In this document: in pieces, positions 1 to 12,340 of the stretch
Layout of the letters: every line of letters begins with the position of its first letter
Numbering within the stretch: the stretch's first letter is position 1
Assembly (NCBI GenBank): GCA_973895155.1
Contig: OZ316897.1
Span: forward strand, 9,943,832-10,007,831
DNA length: 64,000 nucleotides
Direction of reading: 5' to 3'
Source of the DNA: Marsupella aquatica
Lineage: Eukaryota; Plantae; Marchantiophyta
The notes under the pieces: generated by a model
Told to the model about the DNA's origin: nothing
Databases searched by the model: none
What the model saw: only the letters and a program-made list of their open reading frames with translations
Translations under genes and position numbers: made by a program

Positions 1-480
1 AGGACCTTTGTGTTTGATCGAAGAGATCTCACGAAACTTCGACCAGTGGAGAGTTGTCTCACGAATCTTATGGAGTTTGGTAGACTTCAGTAGGATCCCA
101 GGAAAAGAAGCCCACAGTTTAGTAAAAGAGATGCTCGTAAGTACGACAAATATATATCAAAATTTGCTAAACACAAAGGGAACATAAAGGGCTCCCATCT
201 GGGAGATGTGATCCCTTCCGCAAAAGACCCAATCAAGGGGGTTTTAAAGGAAACGTGAGTTTGGTAGAATAGATGCCCAATCAAGGGTAGAGTCTCGAGT
301 TTGGTAGAATAGATGTGACTGTACTGCAAAGTGCAGAGATTTATATTAAAAAAATTTGGAATTAACTTTTGAACATTATAAAGAACAAAATACATTAAAA
401 TAAGTATAAATAATATAAGTTTTTAATTATCAAAATTTTTTCTTTTTTTTTGTCTTGAATGGAAATGGGGAGGAAATACA

Positions 481-745
481 ATTAGACTCCCCCCACCCCA
501 CTGTGACAGTTTTCTTGTAGGGAACCCAGACCAGGGTGAGCCCCAAGGGATCCAACAGGGACCACACCAGGAAGGAGAGAAGATTACCTCAAGGCCACAA
601 AGTGGGCAACCAGGGGCCGAGCTCCAATCCACTACCTACAAAACCCATCCCACCCATACACATATACCCTCCACACCCGAGTGTGTGGAGGGGGGATTGA
701 ATCTGAGGACCTGTCAGTTCTAGGCAAATCCCCTAGCCAATTGGT
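481..745 (-). mobile_element. tRNA-derived SINE-like element (degenerate)
   Basis: Minus strand reads ...CCAATTGGCTAGG (A-box-like)...AGATTCAATCC (B-box-like, ~694-705). This is followed by a strong hairpin CCCTCCACAC-CCGAGT-GTGTGGAGGG (667-692). GC-rich body in AT-rich flanks. Boundaries approximate. Confidence 0.4.
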
Positions 746-1291
746 TCAAAATTTACTTTTTCTTGTCTCTCATTTTGGGGGTTTTTTGTATTTATGGATT
801 CTCATGACACTTACATGAATACACACCTGAATGTACCTTACTCTTTTATTGAACTCTAAAAAAATGGTTGGAGTACTATTTGGAGGGAAAAGGATATTAA
901 GAGAATAAAGCCCGCAAATAAAGCAAAGCTTGCAATGAAGACTGCTTGGCCACTGACATGGTACCTTTTGGGCAGAAGTGGTGATGAAATAAGAGACAAG
1001 ATACTTTTACTTTGGACAGAAGTGGTGATCTGAGAGGGTAGTTTTGGACAGAAGTGTAAAGAACAGCATCGAAGCATATCGTTGTGTATTACTCCGGTCC
1101 ATCCCAGTTTGGCTTGTCCATTGGGGCTTTGTGGACAACTTATCAATCCATGTGGGCTTTAAGTTCAAAAATATTAGAATATTGAAACATTGAAACTAAA
1201 GCCCATTGTTATGTTGCTTGTAACCATCCCTATGGACTCTGATCTGACAAGGAGACAAACCACTTTACACCTAATCATGAGATAATCTCCC

Positions 1292-1637
1292 TACAAATGG
1301 ATGGTAAATGACATCATAGATTATTTACTTACATTTTTGTCCCGATAAGGAGGCCATCATTCAAAGCTAAAAGTTAATTGAGAAAGTGGATGGAATGGAT
1401 TGAAGGTTCATTACAAATGGATGGTAAATGACGTCATAGACTATTTACCTACATTTTGTCCCCATAAGGAGGCCATCATGCAAAGCTAAAAATATATTGA
1501 GAAAGTGGATGGAATGGATTGAAGGTTCACATTTTGCATGCTACCTACATTTTTGTCCCGATTAGGAGGCCATCATGCAAAGCTAAAAGTTATTTGAGAA
1601 AGTGGATGGAATGGATTGAAGGTTCACGTTTTGCATG
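1292..1637. repeat. ~120-bp tandem repeat, 2 full and 1 partial copies
   Basis: ACATTTTTGTCCC...GGAGGCCATCATKCAAAGCTAAAA...GAGAAAGTGGATGGAATGGATTGAAGGTTCA recurs at ~1331, ~1451 and ~1547. Confidence 0.9.
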
Positions 1638-1689
1638 TATACTTAAAATCATTGGTAGCTCCACTGGGGCAGAGTACTCAAAGTCTTCA

Positions 1690-1983
1690 TAACAAGAGCA
1701 ATGTTCTCTAAAAAATATGATTTCCAATTGATGAGTTTGAAAAGCATGTCTTCAATCATGCAGATCTGAGATGTGCTGGTGCATTGGTTTCCATGTCCGC
1801 ATAACCATGACGACAATCGTTCCTTGAATGATTGTATAACAAGAGCAATGTTCTCTAAAAAATATGATTTCCAATTGATGAGTTTGAAAAGCATGTGTTC
1901 AATCATGGCAGATCTGGGATGTGCTGGTGAATTGGTTTCCATGTCCACATAACCATGACGACAATCGTTCCTTGAATGATTGT
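1690..1983. repeat. ~147-bp direct tandem duplication
   Basis: TAACAAGAGCAATGTTCTC...CGTTCCTTGAATGATTGT at 1690-1835 and 1837-1983, nearly identical. Confidence 0.95.
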
Positions 1984-2035
1984 CTTCCGGACTGAATGCT
2001 GTTGTGGTTTTGACATGCATGGAATTCATGCCTAA

Positions 2036-3083
2036 CGGGTGCATACACCGAGTGATTCAGGGTGCACCCAGCTCCCGCAAGCCGCTATTTCGAAACTCAA
2101 GAAGGTGAGATTCTTGGAGGCAGACGGTCACCCCACAATTGATGGCTCCCAGGGATGGTTTGTCAGTCCCAACCGAAGCTGTTCTGCTCGGATGTGTTGG
2201 CCAGCACCTGTTTAACCCACGTCTCCAAACTCGACTGGCCGTTGGAAGACCCTCTTCCCCCTTCTATTGGGCAATTGGAGCGCCTAAAGCATGTGACGAT
2301 CAGCAATTATAAAGCTCAGATGCTTCCGAGTTCCGTAGGACAACTCAGGTCCTTGGAATGTCTCACCTTTGTTACTGCTTGGTCCTTGGAAAGCTTGCCA
2401 AAATCCTTTGGACAATTGTCCTCCTTGAATTCTCTTAGATTGTATGTCTGCTCCACGTTGCACAGCTTGCCGGAATCCTTCGGACAATTGTCCTCCTTGA
2501 ATTATCTTGAATTCTATGCCTGCTCCAGCTTGCACAGCTTGCCTGAGTCCTTCGGACAGCTTAAGGCGTTACGCTCGCTGCGATTCTGGTCGTGTACAAG
2601 GTTGATAAGCTTGCCTGAATCCTTCGGGCAACTTTCCGCATTAACCAAGTTGGAATTACAATGCCAAAGTTTGCGCTACCTCCCTGAATCTTTGGGCCAG
2701 CTCAGAAAACTGCAACGGTTGACAATCGATGCCAACATAGAGAGGTTGCCCGATTCAGTCGGAGACTTCAAGGCTCTGATTTATCTGGAAATTGATTATT
2801 ATTCTGCTACAAGCACTCCAGACTGGATCACAAATTTGCCTTCATTGAAGATTTTACAATCTGATTTCATCGTCATCTGGTGGAGCCACTGCCACCGTGG
2901 TTGATGGCAACGAATGTTCCCAGTAAAATTTCTTCAGAGGCGAGAATGAGATTTCAAGTAATAGATGGATGCTTTTCTTTGTTTGCCATAACAGAGCTGG
3001 CCAGAGAATTTCCCAGCCAGGAACTTGTAGGTAATGTGTCATATCTCCATTTATTAACAACGAGCAGGGTGCTAAACTCTTAA
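2036..3083 (+). pseudogene. LRR-domain gene relic (NLR-type LRRs), core ORF 2155-2904, apparently frameshifted at both ends
   Basis: ORF 2155-2904 has ~8 LxxLPESFGQLxxLxxL repeats. LRR-like sequence continues in other frames upstream (QLPQAAISKLKKVRFLEADG, ~2069-2130) and downstream (EPLPPWL, 2883+). No NB-ARC or TIR domain visible in the window. Confidence 0.7.
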
Positions 3084-5893
3084 CCCTGAACTACTGGACG
3101 AGCCAGGGTTGATCTTGGCGACCTGCTGTAGAAAGCATGCTCTAACTTTGAAATAGGATAGATTGAGTCTTCGATGGCTTCAATATATCGAACAACCTTC
3201 TTGTCTCATATCACCGGACACAATTAGAGAGACCGAGAGATATATAAGACAGGACTATGACAGTAAGTCAGTTATTAAGTGTCCAGTTTGCCGTCCAGCA
3301 TAAGCTGCGCCGTTCCTTGTCAAAGATACAGGTTTGAACAGCTGCATATGACTAAGAGCATTAGTCTCATGAACAGATGTTACTTCAATATACGAGGAAC
3401 TACAGATTTTGATCTCAGTGATCACTAAGACAAAATTGCGTCCAGAACGCAGGCAACTCCTCAAGAAAGTTGAACCCACCGGCGGTTAAAAACGCAGAAG
3501 TTATAGATACAAGACAAAACAATGAAGATGGGCAGGGCACTGAGACTAAGTGTAAATTGGTTCAGGTACTCCAGCCAATCGAAAGACAACCATCTACAAG
3601 GCTTATCATACAATTGCCCATCACATATTATCAGATTAAAACACAAGGTCAGTACAACCATGGTAAGTATCAAACTTCCCAGATATTAACCATCACCGGA
3701 ACTCGGAGCAAAGGGTGCTACTTTACTCGTTCAGCCCCCATCGCGGCAAGACTTCGACACTCATCCCCGCGTTCTAGGTTTCTGTAACATTTTCCAGAAG
3801 CCATGGGAAGACCTGGACAAAGTTTGGGCCAGCCCTTAATGTAGCAGGATACATTGTTCGTGTTTGGCGCATGCCCGGACAGCGCTAGAAAAGTGCCTAG
3901 TCATAGGTGCCTGCAAATGCAACGAGTCTGACACAGAGGATGGAGCATCGGATACCTCTTTGAAGGCACAATCCCACTTGTGACTTGGATGGTACAAATC
4001 AGGACAAAAGGTACACAGGTGACAAACTATCTAAAGGATATTCTGGAGAATAGACTATTAAGGAAGTTCTCTCGAAAAATTAAAAACGAGGACTCACATT
4101 GGATATCATGAAGCGTACAGAAGATCAGAAAACACGTCGGGAGTCATTTATCGGAAGTTGAACGTGACACAATATCACGGCAAAGGTAACGACGTCAGCA
4201 CTTTGCGGTGACCTAGGTGTGGAATGAACTTGCAACCAGGTTGATAAGAAAATGAGCAATTTAACACCTTCCAAGTGATGTTCTGAAGCTGTCCAAACTA
4301 CCGTGAAAACGTGGTCCCTTTTTGTGTTCAGGGCTGAGTGGAGTAACTGCACAACTGCCCAATGAATCCTCAATATAGGCTTCTCTAATATCACAGTTAT
4401 CAAGGATGAAAGTGTCGCATCCGCAACAACTTGTGATCCATTTCATCCTGCGTTCATACTTAATTCTATACTCAACTGCCCCAAACCTTTCGCAGAGAAT
4501 GAATCAATCGAACCGAATAAGAATAGATGGCTGAAGAACATAGGGACCTGACCTCACCGACTGCAAGTTCAGAATCTGGTGTTTCGTGTTTACAACTACA
4601 ACTAACTCTTTAACTAGCTTTGTTACAAAAGTTCACGTTATTAGCCTTTGAAAGTCATCTGTGTCTTTCCTGGTTGGTCGGACCATCCTTCCGCTTGGCT
4701 CCTCCATTCCAGAAATCAGTCAGCTTCTTTTGTCTTCGTACTTGCCCATCAGATCCACATTCAACACCTGCCAGCATATCAAGAATCAGAACCTATGGCC
4801 ATACTTGTTCTCGGAATCATCCTAGAGCATTTATGACCTGAAGGGTAACAATTGCAGCTCGGCTACAAACTCATAGAACATACATTTCCCATGACATATT
4901 TGGCAGCGAGCTTTATGAAGAGATCCAAGAGCAAAGTTATCTTAACAGAATTCAAAATCCTCAACCGTGCCTAAGATCAGACAAGTACAGGAAGGCTCCC
5001 AGCTGACACAATTCCAAATGACCGCTTTTATAAAAATAATTTTCCATGAACACAAAACGGGACCGCAAGCTTTTCTGTCGTCGTGTCAAAACGGACACTC
5101 AAGTACTAACAGGTCCTTGACCAAACCTACTTGGTCACAGTAGGCGGAATTTGCCAATATGGTTTCAAATGCGTTTCTACAATACGGTTGGCGACAATAC
5201 GTTCTGGGGCCATTTTTAGGCTCCCATCACTTCAGCTGAACTTTTCGTTCAGCCAATAAGAAGAAGAGGTGTGATCTTCCCTAGCGCTCATGCCTAAACA
5301 ATAAGCCTTACCAATTAGCCAGCAAGAACAACGTTTTTTTCTACCAAGGAGAAAGTCTCGAATTTTCATTAATGTGCCAAAACTACTGGCAACAACTTTC
5401 TAGTGACTGGCTGTAAGAACAAATGCCTCCAGATAGGGCCATTGTTCACGATTTAAATGAATGCGTTTAAAGTCTACTAGCCCCCAGATAGGTGCAAGCA
5501 GAGAGCACTCACTGTCAAACTAGTCGAGGAAGGGCATTCAAATTGCCAATCTTTTCTTCGCATGAAATGGAATGTGCGAGGCAAAGTACACTGTTTGCGA
5601 GAGAGACAACATTAGCCAGAGAAAGTGCCTCAGGCTTCGTGGCAGAGAGTTCCTTCATCTCTTCCTCTCTGAGGAAAGCTCCGAATGGTCCACCTCCATC
5701 CACTTTGACAGTTGCTGCTTAACAGAGGTTTAGTCAGGTAACAGCTTGAGAAGGGAGGCTGACAATTATCAGCAACAGAGTGGAAATGTCCGTAACAAGG
5801 AATTCCTGTCTTCTAGAATTGTGGGGCATCCATCCAAGTAAGATCACCTCCAGATGGCACGGATATGCCTAAAAAATGGATGATCTATAATTC

Positions 5894-8800
5894 CTACGGA
5901 TCAGACTTAGTACCACCGAACTTTTGGAGGCCCTCCTTGAGAGCGCTGAGATTGACCCCATTATGAACAAGGACGCTTTTCACACCCAGTTGAGAAACCT
6001 GCACAGAAAAGCACAGATTTCTTCCATCAGCGATCCCAATTAATCTCAAGAAGTCTAATTGCTATCAAGCATAAGAGTGATGTTCTTTTGATTGTCCTCT
6101 TGACATTGTGAGTAAGTATCGACTAGTCCCAGCCATTACTTTTCTCCTGATAAAAGGATGTTCCAGTCTAAGCACCCAGAATTCCCACTACAATTCCCTG
6201 ATACTGAAGGATGTAGGTTATTGTAAGCCCCTAATCCCACTAAATTCTTCATGCATATTTCGTTGAACTTCTACAGAGTAGCAATAGCAAAAGACTGATC
6301 TCCATGCTCACCTAGGCCCGGGGTGCCATACCATAACTCAATAAATGACTTTCAAGAATGACCTGATTTTAAGACATTGACTTCAAAAGAAAAGATGTTA
6401 ACTGAGAAGCCACGGATAGAAAGAAGACTTACGGCTTGGATGTTCCGGTCCTCATCATCAAAGAAAAGCATGGATGTGTAGGGAATGCCCGTCTTTTGTT
6501 GGATTTTCTTGAAGTGGTCCGTTTTATGACTCCAGCTGGAATAGATCTCCTACAGACAAATCAAGGAACCCCTCAGTAATATCCTAACGAGGCAGCATCT
6601 GGGAGTGAATGCAAAGTTCGCACCCCAGTTCATTTATTTCACCTTTCAATATGCTGCGATCATCAAGCTGACAATGCCATCATTCCAACTGAGTTATTTC
6701 TTGAGATGCACAGCTTATGCGCAACAGGAGATTGCGCTTCTTGCGTCAACCAAGTCATATCTTCAAGTTTCTAAAGCTCACGCAGAAAGGGCGAAACGCA
6801 TCATCCATAATCCCCGATCCCGACGCCCAAAGAACCTTACCATGACACAGAAGGTCGGAAGAAGATCCAATTTGTTCAAAAAAGTTCGAGCAATGTCTGC
6901 AGTAGGTGACCGAGATGCAACAGCCACGAGCACCCCTTTAGCCTTCAGGGCCTGAATGACAGACTTTGCTTGCGGATATAACAAGGGAATCTCATTCTTG
7001 GACCGACACTCACTGGAAAACACCAGACAGACAACAACCTTGGGTTAAAACATGCCCTCAACCTCCATCAGTTACATTGCATATACTCTAAAGTCGAGAC
7101 AAATGGATGGCTTAGTCTGAAAATATTCATAACGGGAAAGTGTCTATCATGGCAAGGAGATCAGATGTACCCAATCCTACTAGGTATGGTGGTCAAATGC
7201 GACGAGAGAACACAGATGGTGGCCAGAATCAAGTGCCCGAGGGTTTAAAGCACGACCTCTTCTACGGGGAAAACTCCCATATCTATTGTGAACCGAATCC
7301 CTGACACTTAGTTGGGAATAACCACTTTCGAGAAAGTACCGAAACAGACAGAAAATGCTGAAAAACACGCGACCAATTAAAAAGGAGGAAATGCTTCGAA
7401 TTAGAGGCCTGATGGATGAAATGAAGACCGAGGGTACCGGGGTTGGGCAATTGATAGGGGCCCTCCGCCAATTTTGTGGAACCGACTTGGCTTTCGTCCA
7501 TAGTGCCCAAATTGTGCTATTGAACGAGGCGGCCAACAGGAGGCGCTCAAGAGAATACCTTAGTACATTGGATGCCCAGAAGCCTGCCCCATTGTCAAGG
7601 CCTGATATTTTGGACGGGTCAATCCATACACCTGGGTAGAAAATGGATGAATGGAAAAAACTGATCTTTAGGATCGGTTCACAGTACTAGAAAGCTAAAG
7701 GTAACGAGGGATAAGTATGGCAATAAACACATTAACAGAACAAGCAGACGAAGCTCTAAGCCTTGAATCTTGGAGCCATGGATGGGCGGGATCAAAACGA
7801 AATCAAGGGAGTCCATGAGAGGGACAACAACCTAACGAAAGCGCAACAGCACAAGGCTTTAGCAGTTAGGATACCTTTCATCACTGAAGTCAGTGTTTTC
7901 AAAAGACGCGACCAGAGAGAGAAAGAGGGAAAGAAACCACATAAACGATTCAAATCATGTGTTAACGCGAGGCCATGAAACAGAATTGCTGGAAAACTTC
8001 GGCTCTAAGCGAACTGGCGAATCCAGCTTTGAACCCTGATCATCTCAGAGGGAATGAGTAAAAAAGCAACGCCCAAAGCGACTCCCAAGTAATCGGACAG
8101 AGTTGCATTAACTCAGTGAAGTCGGGAAGGGAGTCATGATCGGCTAAGGAACGAAGAGTGCCGAAGGGAAACTGAAGATTCCGAGGCAGCCCACAAGGTA
8201 AAAAAACAAGTGGGGATCGTCAGTGGACAGAAGCGAAAGTAAATTCATCGGCTTAGAGCATTACAGCCCGCTAGTAGGATCTGATACACAATTACATAAT
8301 CAGCCCATGGCACCAGCAGATGAAGAAGACAGCAAAGATTGTAGAGGATTCCAAAAATTCCGACCAACGATACAAATTCAGAAGACAACCCTGAAACCCT
8401 AATTCGGTAGAGAGGTAGATACGGAAAGCACACATGCCAGCTAAATCGAAGCAGACCAATCCGTGCACAAAATGGAAAGCGTCTACTAGAGCGAAAGGAG
8501 AGAAATCAGGGTGGAACCGCAAGAGACCAATCAGCGAATCTGACCAAATTGTTTTCTACATAACTCATCATAGCTAATTTGAGTCCGGCAGCACAAAATT
8601 GTGGCCTCAGGACAGACAAAGAAATTGGTTGGGATCCCTGACTTCCGAATCCAGCGACCCATAATATAGAGCTGAGAAGAGGGACACTCCTCACATACCT
8701 CCACCAACACACAAAATTCACCACAAACAAGACAGGAATAAAAATCAATTGAAGGGCACAAGGTCTCAAGCGAAAGAGCGAGGCGAACAACGTTACCAGA

Positions 8801-8936
8801 AGTAAGGCCAAAGAGTGTAGTCCAGATCGAACACAACGAGAGCCGGCAACCGAGGGGCAGCGTTCAAGATGTTCATGGCTTCCGGTTCATCATTCATGCT
8901 GTGATACCGAGACCAGTACCCCAGGTCGCTCTGCAT
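5894..8936 (-). CDS. MDP1: Magnesium-dependent phosphatase 1 (HAD superfamily)
   Basis: Exons 8936-8797 (MQSD...MNDEPEAMNILNAAPRLPALVVFDLDYTLWPYF; alternative ATG 8897), 7012-6841 (CECRSKNEIPLLYP...ASRSPTADIA), 6549-6433 (EIYSSWSHKTDHF...MLFFDDEDRNIQA), 5998-5894 (VSQLGVKSVLVHNG...DP*). All introns GT-AG with consistent phases. DxDxT and FFDD motifs intact. Confidence 0.93.
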
Positions 8937-10040
8937 CTACAAACTGTCTTTCTCCCCTTTCTCCTCCTTTCCTATATAAAATGCTCCTGTTCTGTTCGGT
9001 GTCAACGACACTATCAGATTCAGTAGGTCCCACAAAAGAGAAACTCTCAAGAAGGAAATCCCATACTTGTACACAGCTTCCTGAACAAGAAAACAGCAGA
9101 GGAGACCCTTCTGCCTAAGCTAAGGGCGGAGAAATGATTCTTCAGGGGAAAGTAGACACGTGTGGCTAGACGGTTACAGAGCAGCCGATGAGACTTCAGA
9201 CACTTGACTGTCATCAACACGAAGGGCTCACCTGGACCACAAGTGATAAAGTGCAAAATCAATCTGAAGCAGGGGAGATCTCAGTGGTCAAAAACGCTTT
9301 CTGGATCTGCTACAGAAGGAGACGACCTTCAAGTCAATTGAGAATTTCTGCTGATGGACAACCAGTGAATCTCTTGAACCCACTTGAGAACAGGTGATGT
9401 AACATCTGTTTGTCCACCTGAGAGATTGAGGAATACACAAGCCAACGAGCCTCTAGAGAGGAGCTTGTTGCGACAAGTAGCCAATTCGCTGGAAAGACTC
9501 CTGCATCAATGAGAAACGCAAGAGTTCACGGGGGACCCACACAACAGGTACAGAGATGCCCCCAAAACGAGGGCTTTAGGAATTCAATTCCGCAGAAGTA
9601 AACAGACAGATTCCCAATGACGTGAACTACAATTCAGTCCTCAACCTTGCTGACATTTCTCTACAGTACATTATTATTATCGGGCGGCAGGCTCAACCCC
9701 CGAATCAATCAAATGTGTAAAGTACGTACTGATCACGGCCACAGTGCACAATCGATGGGAGGCAGATATTTCATTTCAGGGGCAAACAGGAATTTGCCTG
9801 GGCAATTGGTTGAGCTCACCTCAGCTCAGCTCACGGGATTGAAATGGTCACAGCTTGCAAGCAGTTCGCCTGTTTGAAGCTCGTCCAAAATCTCTGCAGT
9901 CTACAGGACTCTGTTTACAAGACCTGCTCAGATCAGAGCTGTCACTGGTACCACCGTGCCAGATCTCATGCTATACAAGAACACCACATCTATGTTTGAA
10001 ATTTTTGCTTCTGGAGGAGACTATGGGCTCTACTCTCTTC

Positions 10041-10161
10041 ATTCTCATTTCCTGGAGAAGCAAAAGTGGTTGGGGTAATGTGATATTTTTGTAAATGCCC
10101 TTCATTATCATTTCCTGGAGAAGCAAAAGTGGTTGGGGTATTTTGATACTTTTGTAAATGT
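10041..10161. repeat. ~62-bp tandem duplication
   Basis: TCATTTCCTGGAGAAGCAAAAGTGGTTGGGGTA...GATAYTTTTGTAAATG occurs twice. Confidence 0.9.
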
Positions 10162-10799
10162 CGGAGATCAAAAGGGACGGGACTGAAAAAGCTGAGAATC
10201 AAAAGGAACTGAAATCTGCAGAGAGCTTGACATCGGAAATGAACCTCATTGGGCAGGAAAGTAAAGGGCAGGAAAGTAATGCCAATTGTTCATATACACA
10301 CTACCACTCCAATGGGGGCGTCGCAAAGCTTTAAATTTGATGGACCTTTACGACATAAAACCGCCAAAATTCATGATCCATAACTTTTTGCCATAAAAAT
10401 TGGTCATATGTCATGCCATAAGTCACTGTAGAGGGCTACTGAGAAAGAATAGGAACTTTTACGTACAATTTATTTATGGCCAAAAGACATTATCCGCAAC
10501 TTTGAAGTTTTGAGACACACTCCCTATTGATTTCAAAAGTAGGAGTATATCTTGAATTGGCGGCTGCTAGAGGTGAGATTCCTAAAGGAGGCTGAGCAGG
10601 TGATGGGCTTGAAGGGTTATGGTTTTTGCTTTTGCCTAAAGAATGGTTATTTCCTCTCTCTCCACTCCATGCACAGAAAGGAAAAGGAAGTGTTGTTTGT
10701 AACTCTTTGGAAATCAACCAAGCAAGAAAACACTAGTAAGAACACATTTTATCAGGCTCTATTTTACTTTTCCATTTCAATATTAAAGCATATTTCAAA

Positions 10800-12340
10800 C
10801 TGCCAAAATACAAAGGGTGCCTAACCAGGAGACATGATCCCTCAGGCAAAAGACCCAATCAAGGGTGGACAACCAAAGGGCCAAAAAGCCAGGCTGAAGA
10901 CCAACACAAGAACCACCTAGGACAGAAAAACCAAAACCTCAAAGCTTACCTATTGGCAAACTGAAGAGTCTGGTCGAGCTCCGGTGGTGAACTGCATAGG
11001 AGGCTCAAGTAGGTGAATCCTCCTAGAGGCCCTACCCCAGGCCCTACAACCAACCGCCTCACCCCTACAAAGGATGTTGAGCGCTTGTGCGCACTAAAGC
11101 ACAACAAACACTCTCTATCTAAAGAAGGTTGTGATAACAGACACTGGGGGTGAGGCCCCCACTCAACATAATGAACTGCGCAAGAATGTAGGAAATTGTC
11201 AACTGTCTGGTGTTACTCAGCACCCCAAACACCTCCACAATTAACAAACAAGTAGAATAGGTAATTAATGCACAACATAAAACCTCCTCCTTAAGTTGAG
11301 CAGCCCTTGCAGCAGCGTGGCCCGGAATATGGGCAGCCGACACCACACTGGTCCCACTAGTAAGGTCAGGAACAACCACGTCCCCAAGGGCACAACTCTA
11401 GCATGAGAGAAGATCACATGAGCACGGCGTTGTTCAAGAACCCCATCCCAAGGGGAGGTAATGGGGTGGGGGGTAACACATGTTGCTGCTCCATCCAGAC
11501 ATGGTACCCACAGTCACGAGCAATTAATGGTCACCACCACATCCCATATGTCATCATGTGTTGCACTTTTCTCACTACCATGACCACATCTGGGATATCC
11601 AAGGACGCCCCAGAGACTCATGTGGGTTGGCATAGGAGGCACAGGTGATCGAGGAAGACCAAGCTAGACTGAGGTGAAGATGAAAGAACTCATACAGAAA
11701 TGGGCCCATAGTAGGTTAGCTGATAGCCAGCCCCCAAACCAGCACCTAAATCAGATAAAAGATGTGCCCGACCCAAGTCCAAAGGTACCTCAGAAATAAT
11801 GCTAGAAAGGGTATGTTGGTCCATGTGATCAGAAATCACTTGTTGAACTCAAACCGGACTATGCAATATAACCCCCTTGAAAGCAAGAACCGTGCTCTTT
11901 ACAACCTCTAGCAATAAGCACCGGGCTTGATGAAGCTGGGCCTGAAACGGGAGAGCTCCGCGCACCACTCCCATGACCGAGTCAAAGAGGATATATAGGC
12001 CAAAGTTCCACAATTAATGAAACCTGAAGCCAACATAGAAGCCACCTGCACCCAATTACCAAGAAACACCTAAGGAGCAGTGGCCACTACCAAAGCCACC
12101 CCCATACCACCTCCGGTGCAGGCTCCCTAGCTGCAAAAGAATCATTCTCTCCATCAAAGGCTGTCGTACCGATGAGGTAACCAAAGGCTCACATCAGAGT
12201 GATTTTCAAATGACAAGAGCAAGAAGGAAACATTGCCCTAGGAGGGGCCGTCCGGAGAAGATAGAAACTAAGGGTGGCAAACAAAAAAGGTGACCAGAAT
12301 CAAGAAGGCAAATAATCTGGACATCTCCCAAGGCTCCCAA
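10800..12340 (-). mobile_element. Degenerate non-LTR (LINE-like) remnant with a 3' end motif dispersed across the window
   Basis: GATCCCTCAGGCAAAAGACCCAATCAAGGG (~10837-10865) recurs in degenerate form at ~210-240, ~23670-23695, ~39330-39355 and, inverted, ~51090-51135, usually next to TATATAT/A-rich tails. No intact ORF, so the class is inferred. Confidence 0.4.

Noticed and set aside
5515-5703. 62-aa ORF ending LNALPRLV, like the MDP1 N-terminus
   Set aside because: GTG start, stops before the DxD motif, and lies downstream of the gene; probably coincidence.
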